Assembly: GCA_965200575.1 (NCBI GenBank)
Contig: OZ241363.1
Span: 24,415 to 88,414, forward strand
Direction of reading: 5' to 3'
Length of the DNA: 64,000 bases
From: Thermoanaerobaculia bacterium
Lineage (GTDB): Bacteria > Acidobacteriota > Thermoanaerobaculia > Multivoradales > Multivoraceae
Part shown: piece after piece, positions 40,683 through 49,864 of the stretch
Numbering within the stretch: the stretch's first letter is position 1
How the letters are laid out: every line of letters starts with the position of its first letter
Position numbers and translations under genes: made by a program
Notes under the pieces: generated by a model
Seen by the model: the letters and a program-made list of their open reading frames with translations, nothing else
Told to the model about the DNA's origin: nothing
Database searches by the model: none

Positions 40683-41146
40683 GGTCGGTCTCCGGCCTTC
40701 CTGGTCGTGCCCGGATCGAGGCAGTGAATCGGTTCTTCTTCGAAGCGCGAACGGTCGGCTGCGAGGCGCCAGCTGCGCTCGTCCCGGGCGCGGCCATCGC
40801 ACACCGAGACGATCAGGTAACTGTAGCCCGGCCAGGCATGGTCGCGGTCGAAGTCGCTGGGACGCGAGGGGTGATCGGGATGGGAGTGGTAGTAGCCGAC
40901 CACGTCCAGGCCATCCGCACGCGCTTCGCGTTCGGTGCTCAGGACGACTTCCGGTGGAATGAGGTAACGGTTGTGACGGCTCTCGTCTTCCCGGACGTTC
41001 TCGGCGCCCACCAGCCGCACGACCCGGACCGTGTCCTCGCCGGCCTTCGGGGCGCGGCCCACCAGGATGCCGCAGCATTCCTCCGGCCAGGTCGCTTCGC
41101 CGTGAGCGCGGATGCGCGCCAGGTCGTCGGTGGAGAGCTCGATCAT
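40679..41146 (-). CDS. mec: JAMM/MPN+ metallopeptidase (Mec+/CysO-Cys peptidase-like)
   Basis: PEECCG.LVG and YHSHPDHPSRPS.FD JAMM motif; ATGA overlap with the downstream Ubl-MoeB gene. Confidence 0.92.
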   Translation of the reverse strand: MIELSTDDLARIRAHGEATWPEECCGILVGRAPKAGEDTVRVVRLVGAENVREDESRHNRYLIPPEVVLSTEREARADGLDVVGYYHSHPDHPSRPSDFDRDHAWPGYSYLIVSVCDGRARDERSWRLAADRSRFEEEPIHCLDPGTTRKAGDRP

Positions 41147-41269
41147 CGTCGGAGTACCGCGGGGCCAGGGGCCAGGGAATCGGAGGCCGCCGCATGCCTG
41201 ACCGGCATGCCGTGCCTTCTGGCGGCGAGGCAGCCGCGCGCGCCGGATGGCGCGAGGTCCCGAGCGCCG

Positions 41270-42274
41270 TCAGTCATCGTCCCAGAATGGCTCGGAAAGG
41301 TACTTGTCTGCGCCGTCGCACAGGACGGTCACCACTACGGCGCGCTCGCCGCTTTCGGCGGCCCGTTCGGCGATGCGCCGGGCAGCGACGATGTTCGCGC
41401 CGGCCGAAATGCCGACCAGCAGACCGCTCCGCCGCGCCAGGGCCCGGACCTCGGCGTACGCGTCCTCGGTGCTGACCGCGGTCTCCTCGTGAGCGATGCC
41501 CGGGTCGTAGACCGCCGGCACCAGGGCGCTGGCCATGTGCTTCATCCCCTCCAGGCCGTGGAAGGGACCGTCGGGCTGCATCGAGACGAGCCGCACGCCC
41601 GGCGCCCGCTCGGCCAGGTAACGGGCCGTGCCGCAGAAGGTGCCGCTCGTTCCGAGACCGGCGACGAAGTGGGTCAGCCTGCCCTCTGTCTGCGCGACGA
41701 TCTCCGGCCCCGTGGTCTCGAAGTGCGCCCGCCAGTTGGCCGGGTTGCCGTACTGGTCGACGTAGCAGAAGTCACCGGGCGAGGTCTCGATCATCCGACG
41801 CGCTTCGCGAATCGCTCCGTCCGAGCCTTCCATCCGGTCGGTCAGCACGAGCTCGGCCCCGAACGCGCCGAGGATCCGGCGCCGCTCGACCGACGCGTTG
41901 CTCGGCAGGCAGAGCGTCACGCCGACGCCCATCGCGGCGCCGATCATCGCCAGGGCAATCCCCGTGTTGCCCGAGGTCGCGTCCAGGATGCGTCGGCCGC
42001 CGTCGAGCCGCCCGGCGGCAAGCGCGTCGAGGATCATGTGGCGGGCCGGGCGGTCCTTGACCGAACCGCCGGGGTTCGCCATCTCCGCCTTCGCCAGCAG
42101 CTCGGACCCGGTCTCGCGCGCCGCAGGCCCCAGGGCGTGGCTCAGGTCGAGCAGCGGCGTGTCGCCGATGCGTGCCAACAGACGGCGAGCGGCATCGCCG
42201 ATGCCTACCGGAACGGGCACCACGGCGGACGCGGTTTCAGCCCCGTCGGCGTGGGGAACGGCTTGAGCGGTCAT
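41270..42274 (-). CDS. cysM: PLP-dependent cysteine synthase (CysM-like)
   Basis: IGDTPL, AKAE..NPGGSVKDRPA, ATSGNTGIALA, DQY.NPAN, GLGTSGT, GISAGAN. Confidence 0.9.
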   Translation of the reverse strand: MTAQAVPHADGAETASAVVPVPVGIGDAARRLLARIGDTPLLDLSHALGPAARETGSELLAKAEMANPGGSVKDRPARHMILDALAAGRLDGGRRILDATSGNTGIALAMIGAAMGVGVTLCLPSNASVERRRILGAFGAELVLTDRMEGSDGAIREARRMIETSPGDFCYVDQYGNPANWRAHFETTGPEIVAQTEGRLTHFVAGLGTSGTFCGTARYLAERAPGVRLVSMQPDGPFHGLEGMKHMASALVPAVYDPGIAHEETAVSTEDAYAEVRALARRSGLLVGISAGANIVAARRIAERAAESGERAVVVTVLCDGADKYLSEPFWDDD

Positions 42275-42347
42275 CGTGGCGATTGGTGGACGCAAGCCCG
42301 GCAAGCCCGCGGCGCACAGGCACGCTCGCGGATCAAGGCGGCCGAGG

Positions 42348-42372
42348 AATGTTGACCGGAACGGTCAGAGTT
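42348..42372. promoter_or_regulatory. Palindromic operator resembling an Rrf2-family (IscR type-1-like) box upstream of cysM
   Basis: AATGT-TGACCG-GAA-CGGTCA-GAGTT, a perfect 6-bp inverted repeat with 3-bp spacer about 75-100 nt upstream of the cysM start. Confidence 0.5.
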
Positions 42373-42699
42373 GGCAACCGCCGCCGCACCGGGGCCTAAC
42401 GGCCACCCGGCCCGTGCGCAGCCCGGAAGCACGGCTCGGCGAGCTCCGGTCTCTCGGAAGACCGTGAGCACGAGGGTGCTCCTGGCGCCCTGCACAAGCT
42501 CACGATCCCCTCATTGAACAGCACTTCGGCACCCAAGATCCGCCGCCGTTTGCACTGGCGGTCCGAGAGAACCACAGCGAAGGAGGCCGAGGAAGAAGCC
42601 AGCCAAGATCACTGGCGCACTCCTTGCTCGCACTGCTTGCACGCGCTCCTTGCACGCGGTCCTTGCAGTCGTTCTGACCGTGGGCGGCGCCAGCGCAGC

Positions 42700-43572
42700 G
42701 GGTGGGCGACAGGAACCGTGAGGAACCCGGCGCCATCGAACCTCCGAGGGTCGAAGACAGGATGCCGGAGGAACAGCGCGAGCTGAACGAGTGGCTCGCA
42801 GGGCTCGAAGAGAAGCTCAGGGACCCCAAAGCCGGAGGGCGGACATCAGGGAGAAGAGCCACGTCACCCGTCGGATACTGCTCAACCCCGGCAACTTGCC
42901 CCGCGAACGCGTACGGGAGTACCTGGACCGGTGGGGACTGGTCCCCGCGGCGTCCGGCACCACGCGACCATCCACCATCGGATTGACGACGTCTCCCCGG
43001 ACGGCACGGACGTCGTGTCGCCATGGGGCAGCCGGGAGCAAAGAGTTGCCGAAAGTCGCGACCACACCGATCTCGTCGGCCAGTCACTCGAGGTCTGGAC
43101 AACTTGGGGCGCGAGGGGCAATGGCGTCAGAAACAGACTCGGAGGCGATCGCCTGGAGGCATACTGCGCGTTTTAAGCCCGCAACGACGACCATCACCAC
43201 AGGCATGCCGATCATGGACCCGGCAGCGGACGAGGTCGGCCCCCTGGTCGACCTCCTGCGCAACGATGAGGACTGCGTGATCGGAGCGCTGCTGGGGAGG
43301 CCCTCGCCGTGCTTTGGCATCAGAGAGCGAGCGAGTCAGCCCAGTCCGAGGACTTCTGGCTGGAACTGATCGACCGGCGTACCGGGCGGTCGATCCTGGA
43401 CTCGCGTGCCCGTGAAGGGGAGGCGCCCCTTGAACCCAGCGGCTTCTGGCTCGGCCTGGAGGGCGATCATTACCTTGATCTCGTGCGCGAGGAGTACGGC
43501 GCTTTGTCAGCGCCGCGTCCAGGCCCCGGGGCCTCAGCGCACGAGCAGGCCGGTTTCGCCAGCGGCTGCTGA
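42700..43572 (+). pseudogene. Fragmented remnants of unknown protein gene(s)
   Basis: Protein-like stretches switch frames (RELNEWLAGLEEKLRDPK / VTRRILLNPGNLPRERVREYLDRWGLVP; DEVGPLVDLLRNDEDCVIGALLG / FWLELIDRRTGRSILD...FWLGLEGDHYLDLVREEYG). Confidence 0.35.
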
Positions 43573-43605
43573 CGTGGGCCCCGGGCACGCGCTACGCTCG
43601 CCGCC

Positions 43606-44250
43606 ATGAATGACGCCATGAATGACGCACCCAGGCGTGGCGACGACCGCGTGCCGCCCGGTCAGTACGTGACGAAGAAGTGGCCGGTGCTCTCCACCGC
43701 CGACACGCCGAGGGTGGACGTCGCGAGCTTCGGCCTGCGCCTCTTCGGCTGCGTCGAGGCGGAGCGCACGCTCGACTGGGCGGCGCTTGAGGCTCTGCCG
43801 CGGCGCGAGGTCACGGCGGACTTCCACTGCGTGACGCGCTTCTCGACCCTGGACAACCGGTGGTCGGGCTTCTCGACCCGCGACGTACTGGCCGCAGTGC
43901 AGCCCGTCGCCCGCGCCACCCACGCGATGGTTCACTGCGTCGGCGGCTACACGACGAACCTGCCGCTTCGTGACCTGCTCTCCGAGCACGCGCTGTTCGC
44001 CGACCGCCACGGCGGCGAAGCCCTCGCGCCCGACCACGGCGGCCCGCTGCGGCTCGTCGTGCCGCACCTCTATGCCTGGAAGAGCGCCAAGTGGGTCTCC
44101 GGCATCGAGTTCCTGAACGCGGACGAACGCGGCTTCTGGGAGCGAAACGGCTACCACACCTACGGTGACCCGTGGCAGGAGCAGCGGTTCTCGTCGCAGG
44201 AGACGCGCCAGGCATGGCAGGTGAGGCGAGCCGCGAAGCCGTCAGGTTGA
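43606..44250 (+). CDS. Sulfite oxidase-like molybdopterin-dependent oxidoreductase (YuiH-like)
   Basis: RVPPGQY.T.KWPVL, DFHCVT.FS, GYTTNLPL, HGGPLRLVVPHLYAWKSAKW, GFWERNGYH..GDPW.EQRF. Confidence 0.92.
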   Translation: MNDAMNDAPRRGDDRVPPGQYVTKKWPVLSTADTPRVDVASFGLRLFGCVEAERTLDWAALEALPRREVTADFHCVTRFSTLDNRWSGFSTRDVLAAVQPVARATHAMVHCVGGYTTNLPLRDLLSEHALFADRHGGEALAPDHGGPLRLVVPHLYAWKSAKWVSGIEFLNADERGFWERNGYHTYGDPWQEQRFSSQETRQAWQVRRAAKPSG

Positions 44251-44489
44251 GTTGATCGTCGGAGGCCACTGGCCTACACTGACGCTGATGGAGCCTCGGC
44301 CCTTGAGGAGGATCCGCACTATGTTCATCCGCACTATGTTCAGGAGATCAACACACTGCAAGCGAACGAGAAACGACCGTGGTCCAGGGCCGTGGTCCAG
44401 ACTGTCGAACGTCGTGGCGTCACTGCCATTTGGCACCGGGATTCTGGCTGGTTCGTCGTCGGCCGCTGCCCAGTTCATCGAGATCTGCC

Positions 44490-44581
44490 GCGCTTTCTCC
44501 AACTCGCGCCCGGACACGACACGTCACGATCACGGCGCGTGCCTCGCACGGCGCTTGCTCCAACTCGCGCCCGGACACGAC
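44490..44581. repeat. Two-copy 31-bp direct repeat (1 mismatch) with a 30-bp spacer
   Basis: GCGCTT(T/G)CTCCAACTCGCGCCCGGACACGAC at 44490-44520 and 44551-44581. Confidence 0.85.
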
Positions 44582-44911
44582 CCAGAGTTTCTGTCGCGGC
44601 ACCGGGCCAGGATGTGAGGACTGCGTCGTCTTCATTTTCTCGCCCCCGTCCGACGAGACGGACGCAGGACATCCCAGAGCCATCATCTCCTGGTCCGAAG
44701 ACCCGTTGAAGGAGGGCGGGTTCGTGGCGCATGGTGATGCGAGCCGGTCGGCTCCTGTAGCCTTGGCGACCGGGACCAGCCTTGACTTTCTTGGAGCGGT
44801 CGAATCGGTTTGCGAGGAAGAGGGCCACCGGAAACGATCCCACAGCCTCCGCGCGGCTCTTGGACAGAGAGAACGCACCTCCGGCGAGAATCCCAACTCC
44901 GCACCGGCTCG

Positions 44912-46501
44912 ATGAAGCCGGCGGGTGTCATTCTCGCCGGTGCTGCGGCGCTGGCAGCCGGCCACGCGCCCGTCGCCAGCGCTCAGATCGACGCGCCGGG
45001 CACGCCGGTGCTGGACGGTCTTCAAGCGATCGAGCTGCCGGCGGACCTTTCGGCTGCGGCCGACGTGCGATGGCGGGACGTCGGCGGCTTCCTGATCGGC
45101 CTCCGTCGAAACGGCGTCTACTCCTGGCAGCCCGGCAACGAGGCGCCTGAACTGGTCGCGACCCTGGCGGGCCAGCCGTTCTCGCGGGCCAGCAGGTATG
45201 GCGACCACAGCCGCATTGGCAGCGGTGGCGGTGACGCAGACTCCCTGATCTTCGGCGGCGACCTGTTCGGCGTCTGGCGCCTGGCCGACGGCAGGGCCAC
45301 CGCGCTCAAGGCGAACGTCGAGATCGTCGGCGACCTCGACCAGCAGGGCGAGTGGGCAGTCGCCGTCGGGCTGGCGCGGCGGCCGGACCCCGGGCAGGAG
45401 CGCCACGACGTCTGGGAACCGCACATCGCCTGGATGCTGGATGCCGCAGGCGACGTGAAGGGTCTGCTGCCGACCCGCGACGGGGGCAAGGCCCTGGATG
45501 CCTGTTTCCCGGTGGAGCCCTCCGTGAGCCGCTTCGTGGGCGACGGCCTCGTCCTGGTGGTTCCCGGTGCCGAGCCGGGGGCCTACCTCTACGACGCGAA
45601 CCGTGCCCTCCAGGCAGTGGTGGACCTCGAGGCGCTCGACATCGGCGATCTGGCGTGCGGCGACCAGGAGAGAGACCGCCTGGACCAGGAAGACTCCCGG
45701 GCCGCCTGGCTGGGCCAGCACAGGTTCATCGACGAAGTGGTCGCGAACGACCGGGGCGACGTTTTTCTGTTTGTCCGTCACGTCCTCGCCCAGAATGACG
45801 GACCGGCCGCGACGTCCCCGGCAACCGGGGTCGCCAGCCGCCTGCCTGCGACTCCGGCACCGAACCCGGCGCCGGACGACGACGAGAACGGCGGTGCGGT
45901 TTCGACACCCGCAGGCGGCGCAGCTGCGGACCGGACCGTGGTTTCCGTGAAGGTCTTCTCGGCGGGGCAGGCAAGTACGGCCTCTCCGGGGACTGCCTCA
46001 CCCCTTCCCGGCAACCCGGAGACCCTTGCCGCGAACGCCACGGCGGCAGGCGCAGCAATCAGGAGCGTGGCCTTCAGCGTGGAGGAGTTCAAGGAGGCCG
46101 GGCTGCAAGAAGTCCGCGCGTCCGCAGGTGGCGACGGGCCGATCGTGCTGACGCGCGACCAGGCGGACCGTCTGCGGGAGCTGATAAGACAGCGCGACAC
46201 GGCCAGCGTCCATGTCGCCGATGCAAGCGCGGCGGACATCGACGTGCCTGGTTCTCCGGCACCCGGCGCCCCGCAGGCGGACGTCTGCTGGGACATCGTC
46301 CATGCCCGGGTCGAGGACCTGCAGGCAACGGCGACGGCCACATGCGCGGTGCGGTCGAACCGGGCGGACGCCCGGCTGCGGGCCGACCTTTCAGGCGACC
46401 GGCTCGTCCTGCTTCTGCGGGGCGCCACCCGGCTCGCCGGTGGTGACCACGACCGGCCCGCCCAGCTCTTCCAGGCCCGTCTGCGCGCCGGCGACAGGTA
46501 A
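44912..46501 (+). CDS. Uncharacterised secreted protein, beta-rich with a Pro/Ala/Thr-rich internal segment
   Basis: Signal peptide MKPAGVILAGAAALAAGHAPVASA-Q; coding-like composition; 18 nt before the next gene. Confidence 0.75.
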   Translation: MKPAGVILAGAAALAAGHAPVASAQIDAPGTPVLDGLQAIELPADLSAAADVRWRDVGGFLIGLRRNGVYSWQPGNEAPELVATLAGQPFSRASRYGDHSRIGSGGGDADSLIFGGDLFGVWRLADGRATALKANVEIVGDLDQQGEWAVAVGLARRPDPGQERHDVWEPHIAWMLDAAGDVKGLLPTRDGGKALDACFPVEPSVSRFVGDGLVLVVPGAEPGAYLYDANRALQAVVDLEALDIGDLACGDQERDRLDQEDSRAAWLGQHRFIDEVVANDRGDVFLFVRHVLAQNDGPAATSPATGVASRLPATPAPNPAPDDDENGGAVSTPAGGAAADRTVVSVKVFSAGQASTASPGTASPLPGNPETLAANATAAGAAIRSVAFSVEEFKEAGLQEVRASAGGDGPIVLTRDQADRLRELIRQRDTASVHVADASAADIDVPGSPAPGAPQADVCWDIVHARVEDLQATATATCAVRSNRADARLRADLSGDRLVLLLRGATRLAGGDHDRPAQLFQARLRAGDR

Positions 46502-46519
46502 CAAGCGGGCACGCGCGCC

Positions 46520-49500
46520 GTGACCACGAACGGGCGGCTCGGCGTTCCCCACGAGTGGTCCGCGTGGCCTCCCAGCGTCCCGGTCGAAGCGCCGCGGGGC
46601 GGGGCTGGCGTCGTTGGCCTTGCGGCCGCCTCGGCTGCCATCCTGTTCTTGCTGGCCCCTGCGCCTGCGCTCGGCCAGGCGCCGCAGCAGCCGAAGCACC
46701 CGGTACACCTCGCCTGCCTCGGCGAAGGGGCGAACGCCGTGCGCCTCGAGCCTCTCGACCCGGCAGTCGCGGCGCGACCGGAGGCGGCATGGGCCGTGAT
46801 CGGCGCCCGCGCCGAAGGCCCCGTCGAGGCGTGCTGGGCCTGGAGCCAGGTCTGCGGTCCGGTGAGACGAACGGAAGGGTCGGCTCTGACTCCGCTGTGC
46901 AGCGCGAACCCGTTGACCACGGAGGCGGCGCCGAGCTGGGAACCAGCCGACCGGCAGGGCGCCGTTCCCGTTGCTTCCGACCTCATCGCATACCTCTCCT
47001 TGCCGGAGGGCATGGGCGTCACCCCCGAGCAACCGGCGACCGTCACCCTGACGGCAGGGCCAGCCGACATGTGGCGCGAGATACCCCGCAGCCTCCTGCC
47101 TGCCTGGGCCACCGAGGCGGCGGCAGTGCGTCTGCCCGGCGGCGACGGCCCCTGGCGAGCGCAGGCCTGCAGCACGCACGGCGCGGCGGAGTTCTGTTCG
47201 GTGTGGACCGACATCCCCGACGGCAATGGCGCCGTCGCGCTGACGCTCGACGAGGTACGCGCCATCACCCGCGAGGTCGCGGGCGCCGGCGGTTCGCCGC
47301 TGCCCGGCGCCCGCATCCACCTCGTGCGGCCCGCCGCCAGCGCGGTCGCGCTGACCGAGATGCTCGGGTTCGAGGCTGCGAACGCCGACGGGCTGGTGTC
47401 CTTCAGTCTGCCCGCCGAGGCAGACGCGGCAGCGGTCGTCTTCGGCGACGGGCACGAGGCGCAGGGCTTCCCCAGCCTGCGTGGCGCCCCCGGCCGCATC
47501 GAGCTCGGGCGCGGGTTCGCCGTCGGTGGCAGGACGGTGAGCGAAGCCGGCGAGCCGGTCGGAGCGCGGCTGCGGGGCCGCTCCTTCATTCGCGACGGCT
47601 TCGGCCTGACCCAGCTGCACCAGGGTCGGGCGAGCGACGACGGCGTGTTCCGGTTGGCAGGATTCTCGGCCGGCGCCGCCACCCTTCGCGCGGTGCCGGC
47701 GGAAGGCGATGGCGAGGCCGAGTTCGCGCAGCGGCTCGACCTGATTGGTTCGGTCGACCTGGGCGACGTGGTGCTCAGTACGGTCGAGCAAGCCTGGGTA
47801 CGAGTCGTGGACGCCGTCCATCGTTCTCCGGTGGCCGAGGCAAAGGTCCGCGGGCCGGGAGGAGTCGAGGAGCGCACGGACGGGGACGGTCTCGCTCGCC
47901 TGCCGCTGCGCTTCGGACGCGACCTGCAGATCGTGGCCAGAGGCTACGGCTTCGGGCTCCTGAGCCTGCCGGAGGGCGTGGGTGCGAGCGCCGAGAGTCC
48001 ATTCGAGGTGGCGCTGCCACCCGCTCTGACCGTGACCGGCGTTTACCTGGCCCCGGACGGCGTGACCCGGGCGCGGAACGGCAGCTTGACTGCCCGCGAG
48101 GGCGCCATGTCGATGAGTGCCGCCATGGAGGTGGACGGCGCCTTTCGCCTCGACCTTCCGAACGGCGGCGAGTGGGAGATCGATCTTCACGCCGGGAACG
48201 CGGGGACCACGCGAGTTGAGGTTTCGGGCGTCGGCGGCGATGCGATCGACCTCGGGGCGGTCGTCGCCGCCCCGGCAGCCGTCATCTCGGGCTTCGTGGT
48301 CGGGGACGGCCGCCAGCCGCTGGCGGAAGCGACCGTCCGGTGGACGCCGCCGGAGGCAGCCGGACCGCTTCTGGCTCCGCTCCTGGGGCGCACCCTGACG
48401 GCGACCACCGGGCCCGACGGTCGGTTCGACCTCCTGGGACCCCAGCCCGGCGCCACGAGCCTGCGGTTCGCCGCAGAGGGCTACGCCCAGCATCGGCTGG
48501 AGATCCTGGTCGAGGGCGCGGTGCCCCTCGACGTGGGCACCGTCCACCTGAACCGCGGGCGGCGAATCACCGTGGCTTCGGACGCGTCCGGCGGCACGGT
48601 CGAGCTGGCTGTCGGCGAGTGGACGCCGCCGGAGAAGTTCACGGCCAACCTTGCCGATGGCCGGGCCGTCTTCCGGCAGGTGCCGGAAGGGCCGTTCGAA
48701 GTCGTCGTTTCGAACCACGAACGCACTCCGGTGTGCATGAGGGAAGTGACCGAAGAGACGGGCAACCTGTCGCTGCGCTGCGACGACCGGAGCGTGCGTG
48801 TGACCGGCCGGGTGACGATCGACGGCGAACCCGCGGCGGGCGCGCTGACCTGGCAGCGAACGTACTCGGGCGCCACGGGCGGAGGCCTGCCGGGCGGCTT
48901 CATCCGCCGCCGGACGGACGGGCTCGACCGGGTCGACGCCGTGGTGGACGGCCTGCGCGATCTGCAGGCCACCATCGGCAATGACGGCGTCTACCGCCTG
49001 GACTCCGTCCTGCCGGGCGCATGGGACGTGTCCTGGCGCCGGTCCGGCGGCGGTAGCCAGGCGCCGCGCACGCTCAGCATTCCCGCCGGCGAGGACGAGG
49101 TGGTACGAGACATCGCCTACGACGGCGTGTCCGTGCTCGGCAGGGTGGTCGATGCGGAGGGGCGTCCGGCGGCACATGCCACCGTGGAGGCGTTCCCCGA
49201 TCAGGCGCCGGTGGTGACGGACCGGCAGGGCAACTTCCGGTTTCTGGGCCTCCTGCCGGGGCGCTACGAACTGCGGGCGCGACTGAGCCTGGCGCGTTCG
49301 GAGGCGGTGGAGGTCGCTCTGGACAGGCCCGGAGATCGCGCTTCGGTCGAGCTGCGTCTCGAGAGCGCCGCCGGAAGCGACCGCCTGCGCATCGAGGTCC
49401 GGGGCGCTGCCGGCGGCTTCTGCCACGTCGAACAAGGCGGATCGGGACAGCTCGTCCAGCTTTCCGCCGGACGCGCGGAGACGCCGCTCGACGAGAAGGC

Positions 49501-49843
49501 GACGCAGGTGCGGGCCGCGTGCCGAGCCGACGGCGCCTGGGCGTTCGGCGGCTGGGTTCCATTCCGTGACGCCGCGGAGGACGGACTGACGCTGGACGTG
49601 AGCGACTCCACGGCGTCGCTCGCCCTGGTCGCCGCCAGCGACCAGGCCAGGCAGGGCATCGTGATCCTGGTGCCCGGAGGCTGGGACCTGGGCCGACTCC
49701 GCATGTGGTTCGGCGGCGCGGCAACATTCTCGGTCGGCGAGACCGTCCCGAACCTGCCGCCGGGAAGCTACGAGATCCGGAGCCCCGGTGGTACGCGACA
49801 GGCGTTCGCGGAGGCGGGCCGGGTCACGGAAGTCGGGTTCTGA
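46520..49843 (+). CDS. Large secreted protein with carboxypeptidase-regulatory-like (CarboxypepD_reg) repeats
   Basis: Hydrophobic signal-like segment; repeated G.V.D..G.P...A.V...T..DG.F.L.G..PG.Y modules. Start is uncertain. Confidence 0.82.
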   Translation: MTTNGRLGVPHEWSAWPPSVPVEAPRGGAGVVGLAAASAAILFLLAPAPALGQAPQQPKHPVHLACLGEGANAVRLEPLDPAVAARPEAAWAVIGARAEGPVEACWAWSQVCGPVRRTEGSALTPLCSANPLTTEAAPSWEPADRQGAVPVASDLIAYLSLPEGMGVTPEQPATVTLTAGPADMWREIPRSLLPAWATEAAAVRLPGGDGPWRAQACSTHGAAEFCSVWTDIPDGNGAVALTLDEVRAITREVAGAGGSPLPGARIHLVRPAASAVALTEMLGFEAANADGLVSFSLPAEADAAAVVFGDGHEAQGFPSLRGAPGRIELGRGFAVGGRTVSEAGEPVGARLRGRSFIRDGFGLTQLHQGRASDDGVFRLAGFSAGAATLRAVPAEGDGEAEFAQRLDLIGSVDLGDVVLSTVEQAWVRVVDAVHRSPVAEAKVRGPGGVEERTDGDGLARLPLRFGRDLQIVARGYGFGLLSLPEGVGASAESPFEVALPPALTVTGVYLAPDGVTRARNGSLTAREGAMSMSAAMEVDGAFRLDLPNGGEWEIDLHAGNAGTTRVEVSGVGGDAIDLGAVVAAPAAVISGFVVGDGRQPLAEATVRWTPPEAAGPLLAPLLGRTLTATTGPDGRFDLLGPQPGATSLRFAAEGYAQHRLEILVEGAVPLDVGTVHLNRGRRITVASDASGGTVELAVGEWTPPEKFTANLADGRAVFRQVPEGPFEVVVSNHERTPVCMREVTEETGNLSLRCDDRSVRVTGRVTIDGEPAAGALTWQRTYSGATGGGLPGGFIRRRTDGLDRVDAVVDGLRDLQATIGNDGVYRLDSVLPGAWDVSWRRSGGGSQAPRTLSIPAGEDEVVRDIAYDGVSVLGRVVDAEGRPAAHATVEAFPDQAPVVTDRQGNFRFLGLLPGRYELRARLSLARSEAVEVALDRPGDRASVELRLESAAGSDRLRIEVRGAAGGFCHVEQGGSGQLVQLSAGRAETPLDEKATQVRAACRADGAWAFGGWVPFRDAAEDGLTLDVSDSTASLALVAASDQARQGIVILVPGGWDLGRLRMWFGGAATFSVGETVPNLPPGSYEIRSPGGTRQAFAEAGRVTEVGF

Positions 49844-49864
49844 CGGGCGGCACCGCGCCTGGTC

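Noticed and set aside
39198-41146. E1 + JAMM + Ubl as an antiphage system (CBASS Cap2/Cap3 or Bil)
   Set aside because: No E2, CD-NTase or effector; the cysteine synthase and rhodanese context indicates sulfur transfer.
40683-41195. N-terminal extension of the 665-aa MoeB ORF (and similar extensions called for argH, argJ, xseB, rhomboid, HAD, moaX)
   Set aside because: The extensions overlap upstream genes or intergenic DNA and lack homology-like content; downstream starts with stop/start overlaps fit better.
44490-44581. Bona fide CRISPR array
   Set aside because: Only two repeat copies, no AT-rich leader and no cas genes in the window; kept as a low-interest repeat.
45778-49435. Long minus-strand ORFs (699 aa, 1014 aa)
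   Set aside because: Antisense to motif-bearing plus-strand genes; low-complexity composition.
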